A stretch of DNA of 64,000 nucleotides from Marsupella aquatica (GCA_973895155.1 OZ316893.1:7650963-7714962); one strand, 5' to 3'; shown: positions 39,641-51,683, counted from the stretch's first letter. Notes: a model not told the origin generated them from the sequence alone. Program-made: numbers and translations.

Positions 39641-39695
39641 GCTCCGCCTCCGCTCGCCTCCGCTCCGCCTCCGCTCGCCTCCGCTCCGCCTCCGC
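39641..39695. repeat. 21-bp GC-rich tandem repeat (about 2.6 copies) at the 5' end of the RLE element
   Basis: GCTCCGCCTCCGCTCGCCTCC is repeated. Confidence 0.85.
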
Positions 39696-40877
39696 AAATC
39701 AAAAGTAAATCTGACTGAAAACCAAGTAGACAAGAGTGAACTAATGCCTCACGAGTCAGGACTGCACAATGCTTTCTTATGAGCTCAATAGAATCTCCTG
39801 ATTTTTGTCTTTGTAGTTTTTAGTGCATTAATTTTCTGGAGACTAATGTGCAATCAAGATTTGGATCTTTGTAATTCTCAATGTATTTATGGAAAGAATG
39901 TACAGTCAAGATTTGGATGGGCTCGGGTCACCATGAAACTTCCTTTGATATTAGTAAAAATAGTATAATAAAATATCTCTTAGGCCTGTATTTATGTCCC
40001 CTTACCAGCGCATTATGGACAATAATAACTACTTCAAAGGCAGTCTAAAACACTTGTTTTCCAGGGCATATTTGGCACACAATGCCGTGTTTGACATTAG
40101 TATGTATGTAGTGCTTACATTGCACACGTTCTCTTGCCTGGGAAGCATACTTTACTGCATCTTGTTCAGCGCCATTCTTTCCGTAAATTGAGTCAATCGC
40201 TCCTCTGAGTCCAAAAGCCAATAAATTGAAAAAACTTTCCTGTTTGCAAATTGCTCCACTCGCCTGAGTGACTTGTGTGACTTGGTACGGGACGTTAGAA
40301 GTCATTTCATTTAAGTGCTCACCTTCAATAAATTGCAGGTGGAGGCCACGCACTCACTGTAGAGAACAGAAATAGACTTCCCATTAAGTCCAGGATGAGT
40401 CGGAAGACATGTGAATTGTCGGGTCTACTTTACTCCAGTGATAAAGACAAGTGTGAAAGCGTTGCCGTTAGGAGCGATGATAAATCCACGGCCCTTTGCA
40501 TTGGAGGCTTATAACAATTTGAAAGTGAGTACGATGTTTCGTTACAAATCTGCATCCATAACCTGAACTTATTTTCCCCCAACTGCAGGCAAGCTCTCTA
40601 ATTGCATTCCCTTGCTCCAGTTGGTGTGAAGTGGAGTTTGATCATGAATACTTTCTTGCACTGTGAAGTCAGTCGGTATTCATTCATTCACTGCTTTTAT
40701 TGCTCAGAAAGCAAAATTTAAAACAACTGTTTCGAATTAATCTTCTCAATTTTCAAGTAGGAATCGTAAGTCTAACAGTTGAATTTTGTGCAATGTCAAC
40801 AACAAAGTAGGTAGGTGTAGCGACCCTGTCTAGAGGAGGGATGGGCCATTCGTGCACGACGCTGTGAATCTGGTCCT

Positions 40878-43427
40878 TCAAAGAGCATCTCTAGCAGCTA
40901 TTCGCAGAGTCACAGCATCCTCTAATGATGAATTTTCCAGCTCCACAGACGATATCTTGTAGTGCTGCAAATACGACACCAACCGGATTCAAGAGAGCTG
41001 GAAAGAAATAACACCGGAAGACACAGGAAGATTGAATGCGGCATAACAAGGAAAGGAATAGGGATATCTCACGATACAGTTGGTTAGGCACCAACTGTTT
41101 AACCTGGGACGTACATTGCAAAGAAGTATCATCTAGACAGACCAAAATTTGAAGTGACAACCCGAGAAAAGAACACAGCTCCTTAAAATAACAAGACCAA
41201 CAGAAAGCACCTCCTGAACGTCATACGCAACGGTGCGTCAGATCCAGACCCAAATTTGAAAGCCCAAACTTTAACAGTGGTTGCTGTGTTGTACAAACCT
41301 TATGGATGAGAGCTTGATCAGCTCTTTTTGGCAACTCTGACAAGTCTATTTCTGTCCCTTTCACCAATCTCCTCACAGCCTCAACCTAGCCAAATCAAGT
41401 TCACAAGACACTGTAAGCATTGCAAAGCAACAGGATAACTGTGAGCTAGAACACACGCTTCTGACCAGTCAAATTGAGCACTTACGAGAATAACTAACGC
41501 AATTTTAGAAATTTATAAGTCACCATGGCCAATTTAATTTCCTGTCTCTAGAAAACCCCATTGAGACAGGTCTATAGGAGTAAACCCAATTTGGACTATG
41601 TAATTCAATCGGTAAACAAGCACATGCAGGATTAGAACTCTCCCAAAGAATGGTATCTTCCCGATAAAGAACACCAATCCCCTCGACTCTAATTGCCCAC
41701 TTCATAAAATCTATCAGAGATATGTGAAGATGATCCTTACATCAGCTGGTGTTGCATCAAACCGGGCAACAAGAACATAGCTGGTGGAGTCTGTTATACC
41801 ACATCTGAGCAATGATTCTCTTATCTGTTCTTTGTCAAGTCGAAGATTGAACATAAAATAAGGAGTCATACCAAACCGTTTCCAGAGTTCATCAAAAGCA
41901 CAACCTATTTATTCATATTGCATGCTCAATGGTTGAAGGAGAGGACGCTGAAAGGAGGAAACAAATTATCTTTGATCTTTTACGCTCAGTAAGTAGTTAC
42001 TTATTTTTAAAATTTCATACGAGAAGGATAATTGCCAACAACATAATATCTCCAATTACTGGCAATCCAACACAGGGCAAGAGTCTTTAGAAGTAGAACA
42101 CCAAATGATAATTTCCGAGCGAAATCCATCACAATAAGAGTTAAAAAGAGGACAATACATGCTTTGAACCCGATATGTTGTAGACAAGTTCGGAGTGGAG
42201 AGTGCGAGTCCTGATCGTGCCGCCTGCTTGCGACACAAGCGCCTTGTGTGCAGCTGCAAGGACAGGGAAGGTATCTGGAACCTACAACAAGATGAATCGG
42301 CTTAAAGTAAATTAACTACTTCCAAACCACCCTCCGTCCAGAGGTCCAACATGTGCTTGACCTAAACTTTCAGTTTGACAAAACCCTAGCCGTAACATTC
42401 GAGTCACATTGAGGTCAAAAGAATGGCTCCTATCACCAGGGACTAAGTACGGTGTTTCAATTTTAGAGTTCGGTTGTATAATCCAGCAGCAATGAAGCGA
42501 CTCCTGCTGTCAATCTAAGAGGAAGGAAAAGAGCACAGTCGGAGTACTAGAAGACTTAGGTTTTAGAGCTCGAGAAGGAAGATCGGCCACCAATCATGCA
42601 ACTATACTGACCAAAAACGCTTCTCAGAAATGCTAACGAAAACCCCAGAGGTGGAGAATACCGATTAAGCTCACTTAAGGCAAAAGACTCGGTATTGTTC
42701 TCGGATGTTAGGTGTGGGGCAAAGGGTTTAGGGCTTCTAGGATCCAGAATGAAATGCTGCACCACTCATATAACGCCTGCTATCTATCTCTGAGAGGGGA
42801 CATTGCCACATTGTGGCTCCGAAATTAAAACTCAAGGAGGGTTTTGAAGCGAGGGTCCCGGTATGAAAGCAGCACACACGATGCACCTCCACCGCTCCCT
42901 AAGAAGATCTACAGCTTAACTCCACGCCCCCCAACAGAAAGGAAACAAAAAAAAACACAAAGGAGGGTTTAGGGTTTTAGAGTCACGTATATATGAAAGC
43001 ACTTCCAATCATGCACCGCCTGCTTCTAATGTAAACGACGAGACAAACCGGAGTGCAATCGCGCTCTGAAAGACATTATCAACATCGCTGTAGCAGTGGT
43101 TAAAGATTTCAAATGCAGATGCAAGTCTGTTTGTGCTCACCAGAGAAGCGTTGAAGAAGGCCAATTCAGGACTCAAAAGCCCTGTTTGCATTAATTGGAG
43201 CAACTCCCTGTCAAACGACCAATAAACCTTATTAAAGTCTGCACAACGATTCTGCCCACTTGCCCTGTGGAACGGATTCAGGTCAATGCATGCAATCTTC
43301 AATTGTCATCTCGAGCACAATTTCGCCAGTGGCAACAGGAGGAACCCACTCACCCACTGTTGACCACGTCGTGGAAAAGAAAGAGACGTAACTTTCGCCC
43401 CGGGTGAGTGTCCAGCTTGAATTCCAT
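40878..43427 (-). CDS. CGI121: EKC/KEOPS complex subunit CGI121/TPRKB (tRNA t6A biosynthesis), 173 aa
   Basis: Exons 43427-43354, 43207-43141, 42281-42159, 41824-41741, 41385-41299, 40964-40878; all GT-AG, 522 nt in total. Protein: MEFKLDTHPGRKLRLFLFHDVVNSGELLQLMQTGLLSPELAFFNASLVPDTFPVLAAAHKAL...RTRTLHSELVYNISGSKHIRESLLRCGI...HYKISSVELENSSLEDAVTLRIAARDAL, which carries the family motif TRTLHSELVYNxSGSKHI. Confidence 0.95.
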
Positions 43428-43816
43428 TCCCGAGCAAAATGAGGGCTCCTCCAAACAAAAGAGTTGTCCGTCTGTCCGCAGGGCCCTTGTCCGCAGAGAG
43501 AAACAGCCCGGGACAATAGAAACAACCGGGGCGGGATTCTTAATTTTTGTCAGTTGCTTGTTACACCATGACAACCGGGAGTACCGACTGCCGCAGAGAC
43601 ATCAAGTGAACTGCAGGAGCCATCATTGCAGGAATCTTAGTGTGAAAAATTCAAAGATCACTGAATGCTCGAAAAGCCTGTGCATAGACAGAGTGTTCGT
43701 AAAGGTGAGATTTCTGTACTAAGTGTCGACAATATTCTCAAGCCTAAACGTAGTAGCGAACAAACCGAGACAGAATTAGAGAAGATCGAGCTAAGATTTT
43801 TTAGCGGGAGCTTGAG

Positions 43817-44140
43817 AGAATGCTTCGAACTAGTTGCGAACGACCTGAACTAGACAGAGTGTTCATTAGTAGAGCTCGGATGGCTTCCTGCGAGGACCCT
43901 CGACAGAATGCTTCGAACTAGTTGCGAACGACTTGAACTAGACAAAGTGTTCATTAGTAGAGCTCGGATTGCTTCCTGCGCGGACCCTCGACAGAATGCT
44001 TCGAACTGGTTCTGAACGACTTGAACGAGACAGAGTGTTCATTAATAGAGCTCAGATTGCTTCCTGCGCGGAGCTTCAACAGAATGCTTCAACCTACTAT
44101 TGTAATCGCAGAATGCTTCAACCCACGATTGTAATCGCAA
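43817..44140. repeat. Tandem array (88-bp unit x3, then 29-bp unit x2) about 0.4 kb upstream of the CGI121 start codon
   Basis: AGAATGCTTC starts at 43817, 43905, 43993, 44081 and 44110. Confidence 0.9.
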
Positions 44141-44600
44141 AGGCATTGACGAATCCAACGAGCGCTCCCAAAGCCTGAGCGAGAGTAGGAGAGAACTCAC
44201 AACGGGAGGTGACCCTCCTGCACCAGAGTTCCAGTCCTTTGTCACCAGAGTTTTATTGGAGTCCCAAGCTCCAATAAAACCAGGCCCGTGACTAAAGAGA
44301 GTTTGGTCACAACGGCTGAACTTAAATGAGCAAATATGATATGAAATGAAGATGTGAGAGAGTGTTTTATTGGTAATGGATGAGAATTAGATTCAATTTG
44401 AAAACAATGTTGTAAGTGCTTAATCCCATCCTTCTCCCAAGAAAAAATAATAATCCTCACCCTTCTCCCAAGGAACAAGTAAGAAGAGAAATAAATGACA
44501 TCAACATAAAAGGAACAAACAAAGAAAAAAACAAAAGAATGAAATGACAAATGGAATAAATGTTTCCTTCATTTCTTTACTATCCTTACATAAGTCATTA

Positions 44601-44946
44601 TGGTCTTGTCTCAATACTAGTATGTATAAAATACATGCATCGTGAATAGGTTTGTTGACACTTTTGAACAAGTGAAACAGTATAGCAATTCATTTCTTTC
44701 TTAGTCCTAAGTAAATCATTCTGGTTTTGTCTCAATACTAATATATATATATAAAATACACGCATCATGAATAGGTTTGTTGACTCTTTCGAACAAGTGA
44801 AACAGTATTGCAATTCAGTATTGCAGACCATCTTATTGTAGTCCATTGTATTCCAGTCCTCATGTATTGCACACAATTTGCAAGCAAAAGTGTCTTGGGG
44901 GCTTTATTGCACACAATTTGCAAACAAAAGTGTCTTGGGGGGCTTT
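44601..44946. repeat. Two local duplications (about 121-bp x2 and about 40-bp x2)
   Basis: TGTCTCAATACTA...GAACAAGTGAAACAGTAT occurs twice, and ATTGCACACAATTTGCAA(G/A)CAAAAGTGTCTTGGGGG occurs twice. Confidence 0.8.
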
Positions 44947-45912
44947 TTTGGTCCCCCATCACATAGCTCAACATAGCCAATAATGCTACCAACAACTCTA
45001 ATCATTCAGCCCTCAAATGAACTACGACCCTCGTGTTGGCCCGCTCTGCCTCTTGAGGGTAGCCTCAACGTGACTTCATTCTCGCCTCTGTAGCAGAACT
45101 CGCCGCCCAACGGCAGAAAGGGGACGCTCGACGGTGAAGTGCCTCTTGCTCACGAAGAACTTACCCATGACCGCCTCGCTCACCAGTGATGGATCTTTTC
45201 CCAAACCTCACGAACAACTCACGAACAACTCACGAAGCCGTAGCTCAAAGGAGAGCGCCAGTACCACAAATTTCTAGGGAGCTTTCACAGTAGGTGTGCT
45301 CATTTTTGAAGGCGCATTTGTTCATTTCATTGATTTCGTTTACACTGGTCCTTTTGTGGGCTGACAGATGGATACTACGTAAACTCGTTGTGTTGTTGAT
45401 GCGGGATAGCTTGCAACAATTCAGCAATGGGAGAATAAAATTTCGTAATGTGACTTTGCCAGCAATTGATTCACGCATGTAACCTCCGTTAACCATGTAG
45501 GGTTTGTGAGCGCCTTGATCATTGCAACCCGGCACTTGCAAATTAGACAACGTGATGGGCAGAGATGTATGTACTCTTATCGGAAAGCTGTGACGAATCT
45601 ACATGCTTTTGACTCTCAACTCTGACTCCGCACCCGGTGGCTCGAGAGTTTGCAGAGACTTTGATTCATTCTAATTGAGATTCCTACATGTCTCGCACTT
45701 GTCAATCCCTCCTCAATTTTCTCTAAAGCTAGATATCGTGTATGCACATTTATCATGATTAGTGCGACAACGTTCTGTCTTTACACGTTCGATTGATTTA
45801 CTTGACCACTTGAGTTGGGTCTTAAGACACAATTGATTTGACTTTGTCTCTAAATCTACTAAAATATAATTCCATAGGACTTGAATTGTGAACCTCCGTA
45901 GGACAGAGTCTA

Positions 45913-46256
45913 TGTTGAGCATAGACGACATTCGTAACGGCAAGCCCATGAACCATCCAACGCACAATAGTCGACACAGAGAGATACGTGGTTCACCTCC
46001 ACATGAGGCTACGTCCACGGGAACACACAAGAGTTTTATTGCACTCTAGGCCGACCGGCCATACCAAGCATCCATAGCACAAGCTCTCCCTATCTCTCAA
46101 CTAGCTCCGTAACAATGAGCCTAAGTTCCACCAGGGTCTGGCATCAGCCCTGGCTATATGCACAACAGCACTACCGCTAACCTTAGCTAGGTCCTAACCC
46201 GAGTTAGCCTAACTGTGGTTAGCACAAGAGTCACAAGACTAGAGCAATATCTAACA
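45913..46256 (-). repeat. 3' LTR of the copia element
   Basis: TGTTGAGC...CTAACA; 7 substitutions relative to the other LTR by manual comparison. Confidence 0.97.
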
Positions 46257-46466
46257 AACTCCCCCTTGACTCTTGTCTTGGGGACTGGACTAAATGCTAC
46301 CATATGGAATCCTCAGCGGGAAGTTCTAGACAATCACCAAACCAGGTCTGCCCCTAAAAACCACAAGGGTTAACTAAGGGTTAACTAGAACTAAGCCGTA
46401 GCCTAACAGGAATGAGTAATTCATATACAAATAGTCACACATTGCTAAATAACTCTACTTGCACTA

Positions 46467-49400
46467 CAACTGCAAAACTTACAAAGTAGCACGGTGTCTT
46501 GAGAAACTCTCCAAAGGAATCACTTTGGTAAAGGCATCAGCGGGATTGAGCTTTCCATCAATCTTGACTAGCTCAAAAGTTTTATCAGACACTGCTTGCC
46601 TGATAAAATGGTACCTGATATCAATGTGTTTCACCCTGCTATCCATCACCTGGTTAGCAGCCAAGTGAAGAGCACTTTGACTATCACAATTTAGAGTCAT
46701 TTTTCCATGCTCTAAACCCATCTCCGCGATCAACTTATCCAACCAAATTGCTTCCTTTGCAGCTTCTGCTGCCGCAACATACTCTGCTTCTGTAGTAGAC
46801 TGAGATATGCACTTCTGCAAGGTAGATTTCCAACTGATACATCCTCCTCCAAGAGTGTATACAAACCCAGTTGTAGATCTCCTTGTATCCAGACAACCTC
46901 CATAGTCAAAATCTACATAGCCAACTAACGTTCTATCTGATCTGTTATCAAATAGTAATCCATAGTCCTCTGTTCCCTTCAGATACCTGAGAATCCACTT
47001 CACAGCTTCCCAATGTACCTTCCCTAGATTTGACATGAATCTGCTAACCTTGCCCATCGCTAGGGCCAAGTCAGGCCTAGTACAAGTCATCAAATACATC
47101 AGACTGCCTACTGCCTTCTCATAAGGAATCTTAGCCATCAGACCTTTCTCCACAGCATCCGTAGGAGAGAAAGCCGATGATAACTTGAAATGTGAAGCTA
47201 AAGGAATACTCACTGGCTTACAATTTTCCATGTTGAATCGTGCAAGTACTTTCCTCGCATATTGGCCTTGACTCAAGCACAACTGTCCAGTCTCAGAGTT
47301 CCTAAAAATCTCCATCCCTAAGATTCTCTTGGCCTTACCAAGATCCTTCATCCTGAATTCAACACTCAATTTCGCCTTGAGACTGTCAACCTCAGATTGA
47401 TCTTTAGCCACAATTAACATGTCATCCACATAGATAACCAGAATGATGAAACCAAATACATCATTCTTGACTGATTTCATATACACACAAGGATCATACA
47501 CCATCCTTGTAAAACCTTGAGCAAGCATGAAATCATCAAACCGCTTGTTCCACTGTCTGGGAGACTGCTTCAATCCATACAAGGACTTGAGCAATCTGCA
47601 AACTAAGTTCTCTTGGCCCTTCTTCATAAAGCCTAGTGGTTGTCTCATGAAGATCATCTCTTCCAAGTTGCCATAGAGAAAAGCAGTAACAACATCCATC
47701 TGATCCATCACCAGACCAAAAAACACAACAAGCTGACACAAGATCCGAATTGTGGAATACTTAGCCACCGGTGAAAAGACCTCATTGTAATCCACTCCTT
47801 TCTCCTGAGTGAATCCCTTGGCAACAAGCCTTGCCTTGTAGATCTTGTCTCCACCCTCTGAAGGACTATCCTTCAACTTGTAAATCCACTTGTTGTCCAC
47901 CACTTGCTGACCTCTTGGAAGCTCCACCAGCTCCCATGTCTTGTTGTCACTCAAAGATTGCAACTCCCTCTGCATTGTTGCATTCCACTCATACTTCTGC
48001 TCTGAAGCACAAGCCTCACTGTACGAAGAAGGCTCTCCTTCTTCCAAGATCAAAGTCATATCATCACCATCAGGTACAATGTCAATATCATCTAACTTAG
48101 ATGAGTCTGCCCATTGACCATACCTGGTAGGAGCTCTAGTAGAACGACTGGAAGTTCTTCTAGTAGATGACCAGGCTGATCTGCTGCTACTGCTGGCTGA
48201 ATTTGAGGTACTCCAACAACAATCTGCTCCTCTTGTTCCATCACAGGAACCAGCTCCAAGCCCGGAGCTTCTCCATCTCTCCTGTCATGAACTGCATCAT
48301 GACTAATCTCCCCCTCAACTCGGTCCGGGATGGGAGATTTTCCCTTGTCAGTATGGGAGTCCTGAGAACTCTCCCCCTCCTTTGATGATCTGGATTCATT
48401 AAAGGACACATCTCTACTGACAATTAGTTTACAGGTTACTGGATCCCATAACCTATAACCCTTCACACCTTTCTGATAGCCAAGGAAAATGCACTTCTTC
48501 GACTTGGACTCCAGCTTGGATCGAAGCTGGGAAGGTGTAAGCACATAAGCATCACATCCAAAAATCTTAAGATGTGAGTAATCTGCTGGACGCCCATACC
48601 TCATTTCAAATGGCGTCTTGAATCCAATAGAACTGGATGGAGAAAAATTTACCAAATAAGCTGCAGTGTTGACAGCTTCAGCCCAAAATTCATGTGGTAA
48701 GCATGATTGACTCAACATACTCCTCGAGCGGTCCAATAGTGTTCGGTTGAGTCTCTCAGAAACACCATTTTGCTGAGGAGTATAACTTGTTGTGAGATGG
48801 CGGGTAATCCCCTGCTCCTTACAATACGTTCCAAATTCACCATAACTGTATTCACCGCCGTTATCCGATCGTAGATATCTCACCTTATTACCGGTCTGAT
48901 TCTCAACTTAGGCTTTCCACTCCTTAAAAGTGGCAAAAACATCAGACTTACTGTGTAGAAAGTAGATCCACACATACCTTGAGTAATCGTCTATGAACGT
49001 GACATAGTATAACCGTCCAGAATGTGAGGGAGTAGGGGCTGGACCCCACACATCACTATGTACATACTCAAGTATCTCCTTGCTGGTGTGAGTTCCAACT
49101 CCGAAGGGTTTCCTATGCTGCTTCCCAAGCACACAGTGCTCACAAAATTCCAACTTACAAGATTGTAAATTAGAAAGTAATCCTTTCTTCTGAAGAATAA
49201 CCAAACCTTTTTCACTCATGTGGCCCAAACGGAAGTGCCACAGCCGGGCCGTCTCCTCATGAGATAAGGTTACATTGGCTTCATCACAAATTACACTGCC
49301 CTCCAAAACGTATAGATTGTTATGTCTCTTTCCCTTCAATACAACTTTAGTACCAGTTGAAACCTGAAGGACACCATTAGCAGAACTCCACTGATGGCCA

Positions 49401-50542
49401 TTTGCCTCTAAAACTCCAAGTGAAATGAGATTTTTCATCATGCTGGGAATATGTCTCACATTCCTCAATGTTCTCACAGCACCATCAAACATCTGAAATC
49501 TTATAGATCCAAGTCCAACAACTTGACATGGGATTCCATTTCCCATCAACACTGACCCGTTGGAAACCGTGTAAGAACTGAAATAATCTCTTCTAGAGCA
49601 AATGTGAAAAGTACATGCACTATCTAGAATCCAGTCATCACTACCTGGATTTGACACTACGTTGAGAGCATAACCTTGACATCACAATATGTCATCATCA
49701 TCGAGTAAATCTACCTCATGCGAGCTCGATGCTGCGTTAGCAGAGGCAGTAGGGACCTTTACTCGACAATCCCTTTTCATGTGGCCTGGCTTGCCACAAT
49801 TCCAACATGCAAGAGGCTTCCTCTCTTGCGATTTTCCTCTGGATTTAGATCTCCCCCGTGATGTAGATCTAAACCTGTTCTGCCCATTCGTGCGCTGCGT
49901 TGCTCTTCCCCTGTTCACATTGAGCGCAGTGCCAGAAGAAGATGCTGTCTGTGATTGACCCAGCTTCTTCTGAGCATCATCAGACAGTAAAGAGCTTACC
50001 ACCTCATTATACGAAATGGACTTCAGATCTCTGTACAAGAGCACCTGTTTCAAGCCCTGATATGACGGCGGTAAGGAGCTTAGCAGAAGCAAGGCCTTAT
50101 CCTCATCTTCAACTCCTTTTCCCAGGTTTGACAGATCAACCGCTAGACTGTCAAACTCATCTAGGTGATCCTGCATCTTGCTCCCTTCCTTGAGCCTGAG
50201 GCTCATCAAGAGAGACTTCTTGTACAGCCGGTCTGACGCATCTTCCCGGTAGTACTTCTCTCTTAGAGCCTTGAATAGTGACGCGCAATCCGCATAATCA
50301 TCCAGCTGCTTGATGATGTGCGGCTTGAGATATAGCATCACTGCATTGACAGCAATCACCTGCTCCTGTCTCCATTGCCTCACTGAAATCTCCTCCTCTC
50401 CATCATACTGCTCTCGCGATGAAAGCAGATGAGCTAAGCCCATGGCCCGTAGAACACCCTTCACTTGTTTCTCCCAGAGCAAGTAATCAGTACGACCATC
50501 GTACTTCTCCACCTCAAACTTCACTCCTCCAAATCTAGCCAT
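46467..50542 (-). pseudogene. Copia gag-pol polyprotein, disrupted
   Basis: Gag starts at ATG 50542 (MARFGGVKFEVEKYDG) and has the knuckle CWNCGKPGHMKRDC. PR: WILDSACTFH. IN: WHFRLGH...CEHC...HSDVWGP...SDNGGEY...PQQNGVSER. RT: YKARLVAKG...LYGLKQ...YVDDML. RH: TEAEY...KHIDIRYHF...NPADAFTK. Lesions: in-frame TGA 49682-49684, TAA 48908-48910, a frameshift near 48170-48200, and TAA 46479-46481. Confidence 0.93.
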
Positions 50543-51683
50543 CTCCCTCTTCTTCCCTACTACCGACAGCTCTGGTAGTAACACAGCTTCCTCCACTGCA
50601 CGCCGCACCGGTGATCGTACCGGTGTTATAAGTTCCTCCTCAAACGGTAGCAGCTCCTCCTCAGACTCTCCGTCTGACCGTCGCGATCCTGAAGCTCCAC
50701 CGACGCCAATTCTTCTAGTATTCTCCGAGTCACTCATATGAAACAATCACAAAAAAACATCTTTTTTCGAAACTTCTCACAAAACTCAAAACTCAACACC
50801 GCCGCGTAGCCCACGAAGCTAGGAGTCCAATACTGAAATCCGAAATCAAAATCAAAATTCGACGGAAAAGTTATTCAAATTTCGGTCGGGGTGGGTAAAA
50901 CCTTGGGAAACTCCCCCGTTTTGACCACCTCGGAGAATAACCAAAATACCGAGTACAACCTGTCGTCGGAATCGTGATGTGATCGGTGCGCCGCGTTGCT
51001 AACTCCAATGGCAACGTCCTTTGCCGCCGCCGTTTCCAACTAGAAAAATGAACGCCGCCGACGGTAAATGGTGCCGAATTTCACCGGCATAGTTTGCAGC
51101 TTCAGCAGAGTAGAAAATTTCTGCCGCGTTGTCTTCACTCTGCGTCAAGTGCCAATCCCTGACTCAAAATGACCGTCTCGCCACGATCTCTCCGTTGAGC
51201 CTCAGCACTTTGCGTTTCTTCCTCCGAGTCAAGCGTCACGACGAGTAATCCGGTTCAGGGAAAAACAAGCACCATAGCTTGTCAAAAAAAAAACCAGAAC
51301 GCCTCCTTCACTCGTCACGACGCACTCGTTTCGCAAACGTCAGCAAACTAGATACCAAAACGACCAGCACGCTCCAACCTTCAACTTGAACTATCACATG
51401 CGACGCCCCGCACACCGCACAGCTCACACCGTTGAAGAAATAATCTTTGGTTTCTCCCCCGAAATACAGTCAGACACGAATAAACCCTGAACGACGCAAA
51501 CTTCAATTCCTCCGCACCACGGATACCGATCAGCGAGCTCTAACCACCGTTAGAATGCCCTCTCACTAACCTATCCACTCAACCACACACAATCGAGTTT
51601 CATGCGACGAAACTCTGAATGTACCATCAACAATGAACGCTGGAAAAACCTGTCACGAAAAAACCTCGTCACCTCCCAGGCAT

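Larger units (their letters stand above)
35491..39695 (-). mobile_element. Non-LTR retrotransposon with a restriction-like endonuclease (CRE/R2-group architecture), apparently full length
   Basis: Sharp GC-rich island in an AT-richer background. It has an approximately 870-nt structured 5' region starting with GCGGAG repeats, a single ZnF-RT-RLE ORF, and a short 3'UTR ending at a (TA)5 tract at 35491-35500. No APE domain and no LTRs. Confidence 0.88.

Noticed and set aside
35458-39718. ATCTGACTGA as the target-site duplication of the RLE element
   Set aside because: The copies lie 13-23 nt away from the inferred element ends, so chance cannot be excluded.
38043-39782. Multiple overlapping ORFs on both strands in the GC-rich region (e.g. 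38944-39708, 38807-39334)
   Set aside because: These are by-products of high GC and repeats in the retroelement leader or antisense strand, with no domain signatures.
42518-42540. miR529/miR156-like sequence (AGAGGAAGGAAAAGAGCACAG)
   Set aside because: There are too many mismatches and no precursor hairpin.
42700-43000. Telomerase RNA gene
   Set aside because: Template-like CCCTAAACCCT and a G-rich tract are present, but there is no USE promoter element, the template is not in the expected position, and the motif is part of a degenerate repeat.
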